DNA of 64,000 nucleotides from Dictyostelium discoideum (Eukaryota): NCBI GenBank assembly GCA_000004695.1, contig CM000152.2, positions 3,136,001 to 3,200,000 of the forward strand, read 5' to 3'. Shown piece by piece: positions 63,623 to 64,000 of this stretch (position 1 is its first letter; each line of letters starts with the position of its first letter). The notes under the pieces were generated by a model. It saw only the letters and a program-made list of their open reading frames with translations, ran no database searches and was not told where the DNA came from. The position numbers and the translations under genes were made by a program.

Positions 63623-63735
63623 AAAAAAATCAATGATCAAGTTTTTAATTTTTAATATGGATTTAATATATAAAAATTGAGCACCCAAAAATACAAAAAA
63701 ATCATATAAAATATAAAAAAAATGAATGTAACCAT

Positions 63736-63767
<32 letters not shown>

Positions 63768-64000
63768 CTAATTATTTATATGTTAATTTATTTCCTCTAT
63801 TTTCGTATACTAAATTCATATTTAAAAAATAAAATTAAAAAATAAAATAATTATCTTGATTTCTCAAAAAAATAAAAAAAAAAAAAATTAAAATTAAAAA
63901 ATCATTTTTTTTTATTTTTTTTTATTTTTTTAATTTTTTTATTTTATATAAAATCATTTTTTTTATATTACACACCACAATTGCATGTTCTATTTCTATT

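Overview
The window is almost certainly Dictyostelium discoideum nuclear DNA. Evidence: roughly 75-80% AT, long poly(A)/poly(T) and (AAT)n tracts, poly-Asn/Gln proteins, short AT-rich introns with GTAAGT/GTATGT donors, a flavin-dependent ThyX thymidylate synthase, and a discoidin-type H-lectin domain. CRISPR and operon concepts do not apply. I derived about 30 protein-coding genes by reading the six-frame ORFs and hand-splicing across canonical GT..AG introns, with phase checks. Products with a clear homology call: rpl24, tRNA-Ser(AGA), CCDC47-like, COQ5, EMC6, F-box/LRR protein, ATP11/ATPAF1, TOM1/DUF1084 7TM protein, PRC1/Ase1/MAP65, exosome RRP42, TBC RabGAP, cytosolic malate dehydrogenase, CMS1-like with RGG repeats, ThyX (thyA), DBR1, TBL1-like, GH16 glucanase, GNAT acetyltransferase, allantoicase, Rh50 ammonium transporter and a C39-like secreted peptidase. 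Products called with less confidence: a Pmp3-like proteolipid, a divergent TCP-1-like chaperonin and a TPR protein. The most unusual structure is a tandem triplicated unit of about 1.9 kb at 58.0-63.1 kb. Each unit carries a small secreted Cys-rich CBM49-like protein gene plus a conserved short exon-like element and palindromic non-coding blocks. A fourth, inverted paralog lies at 22.7-23.1 kb, and the copies share mosaic gene-conversion signatures. Other notable items are a MITE-like perfect 55-bp inverted repeat at 21.96-22.22 kb, a 118-bp foldback hairpin at 63.5 kb, a GC-richer non-coding island next to tRNA-Ser with a downstream ex-B box, and several genes whose first exon is only 3-6 nt. 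All exon coordinates are hand-derived and may be off by a nucleotide or two. Homology calls rest on recalled family motifs, not database searches.
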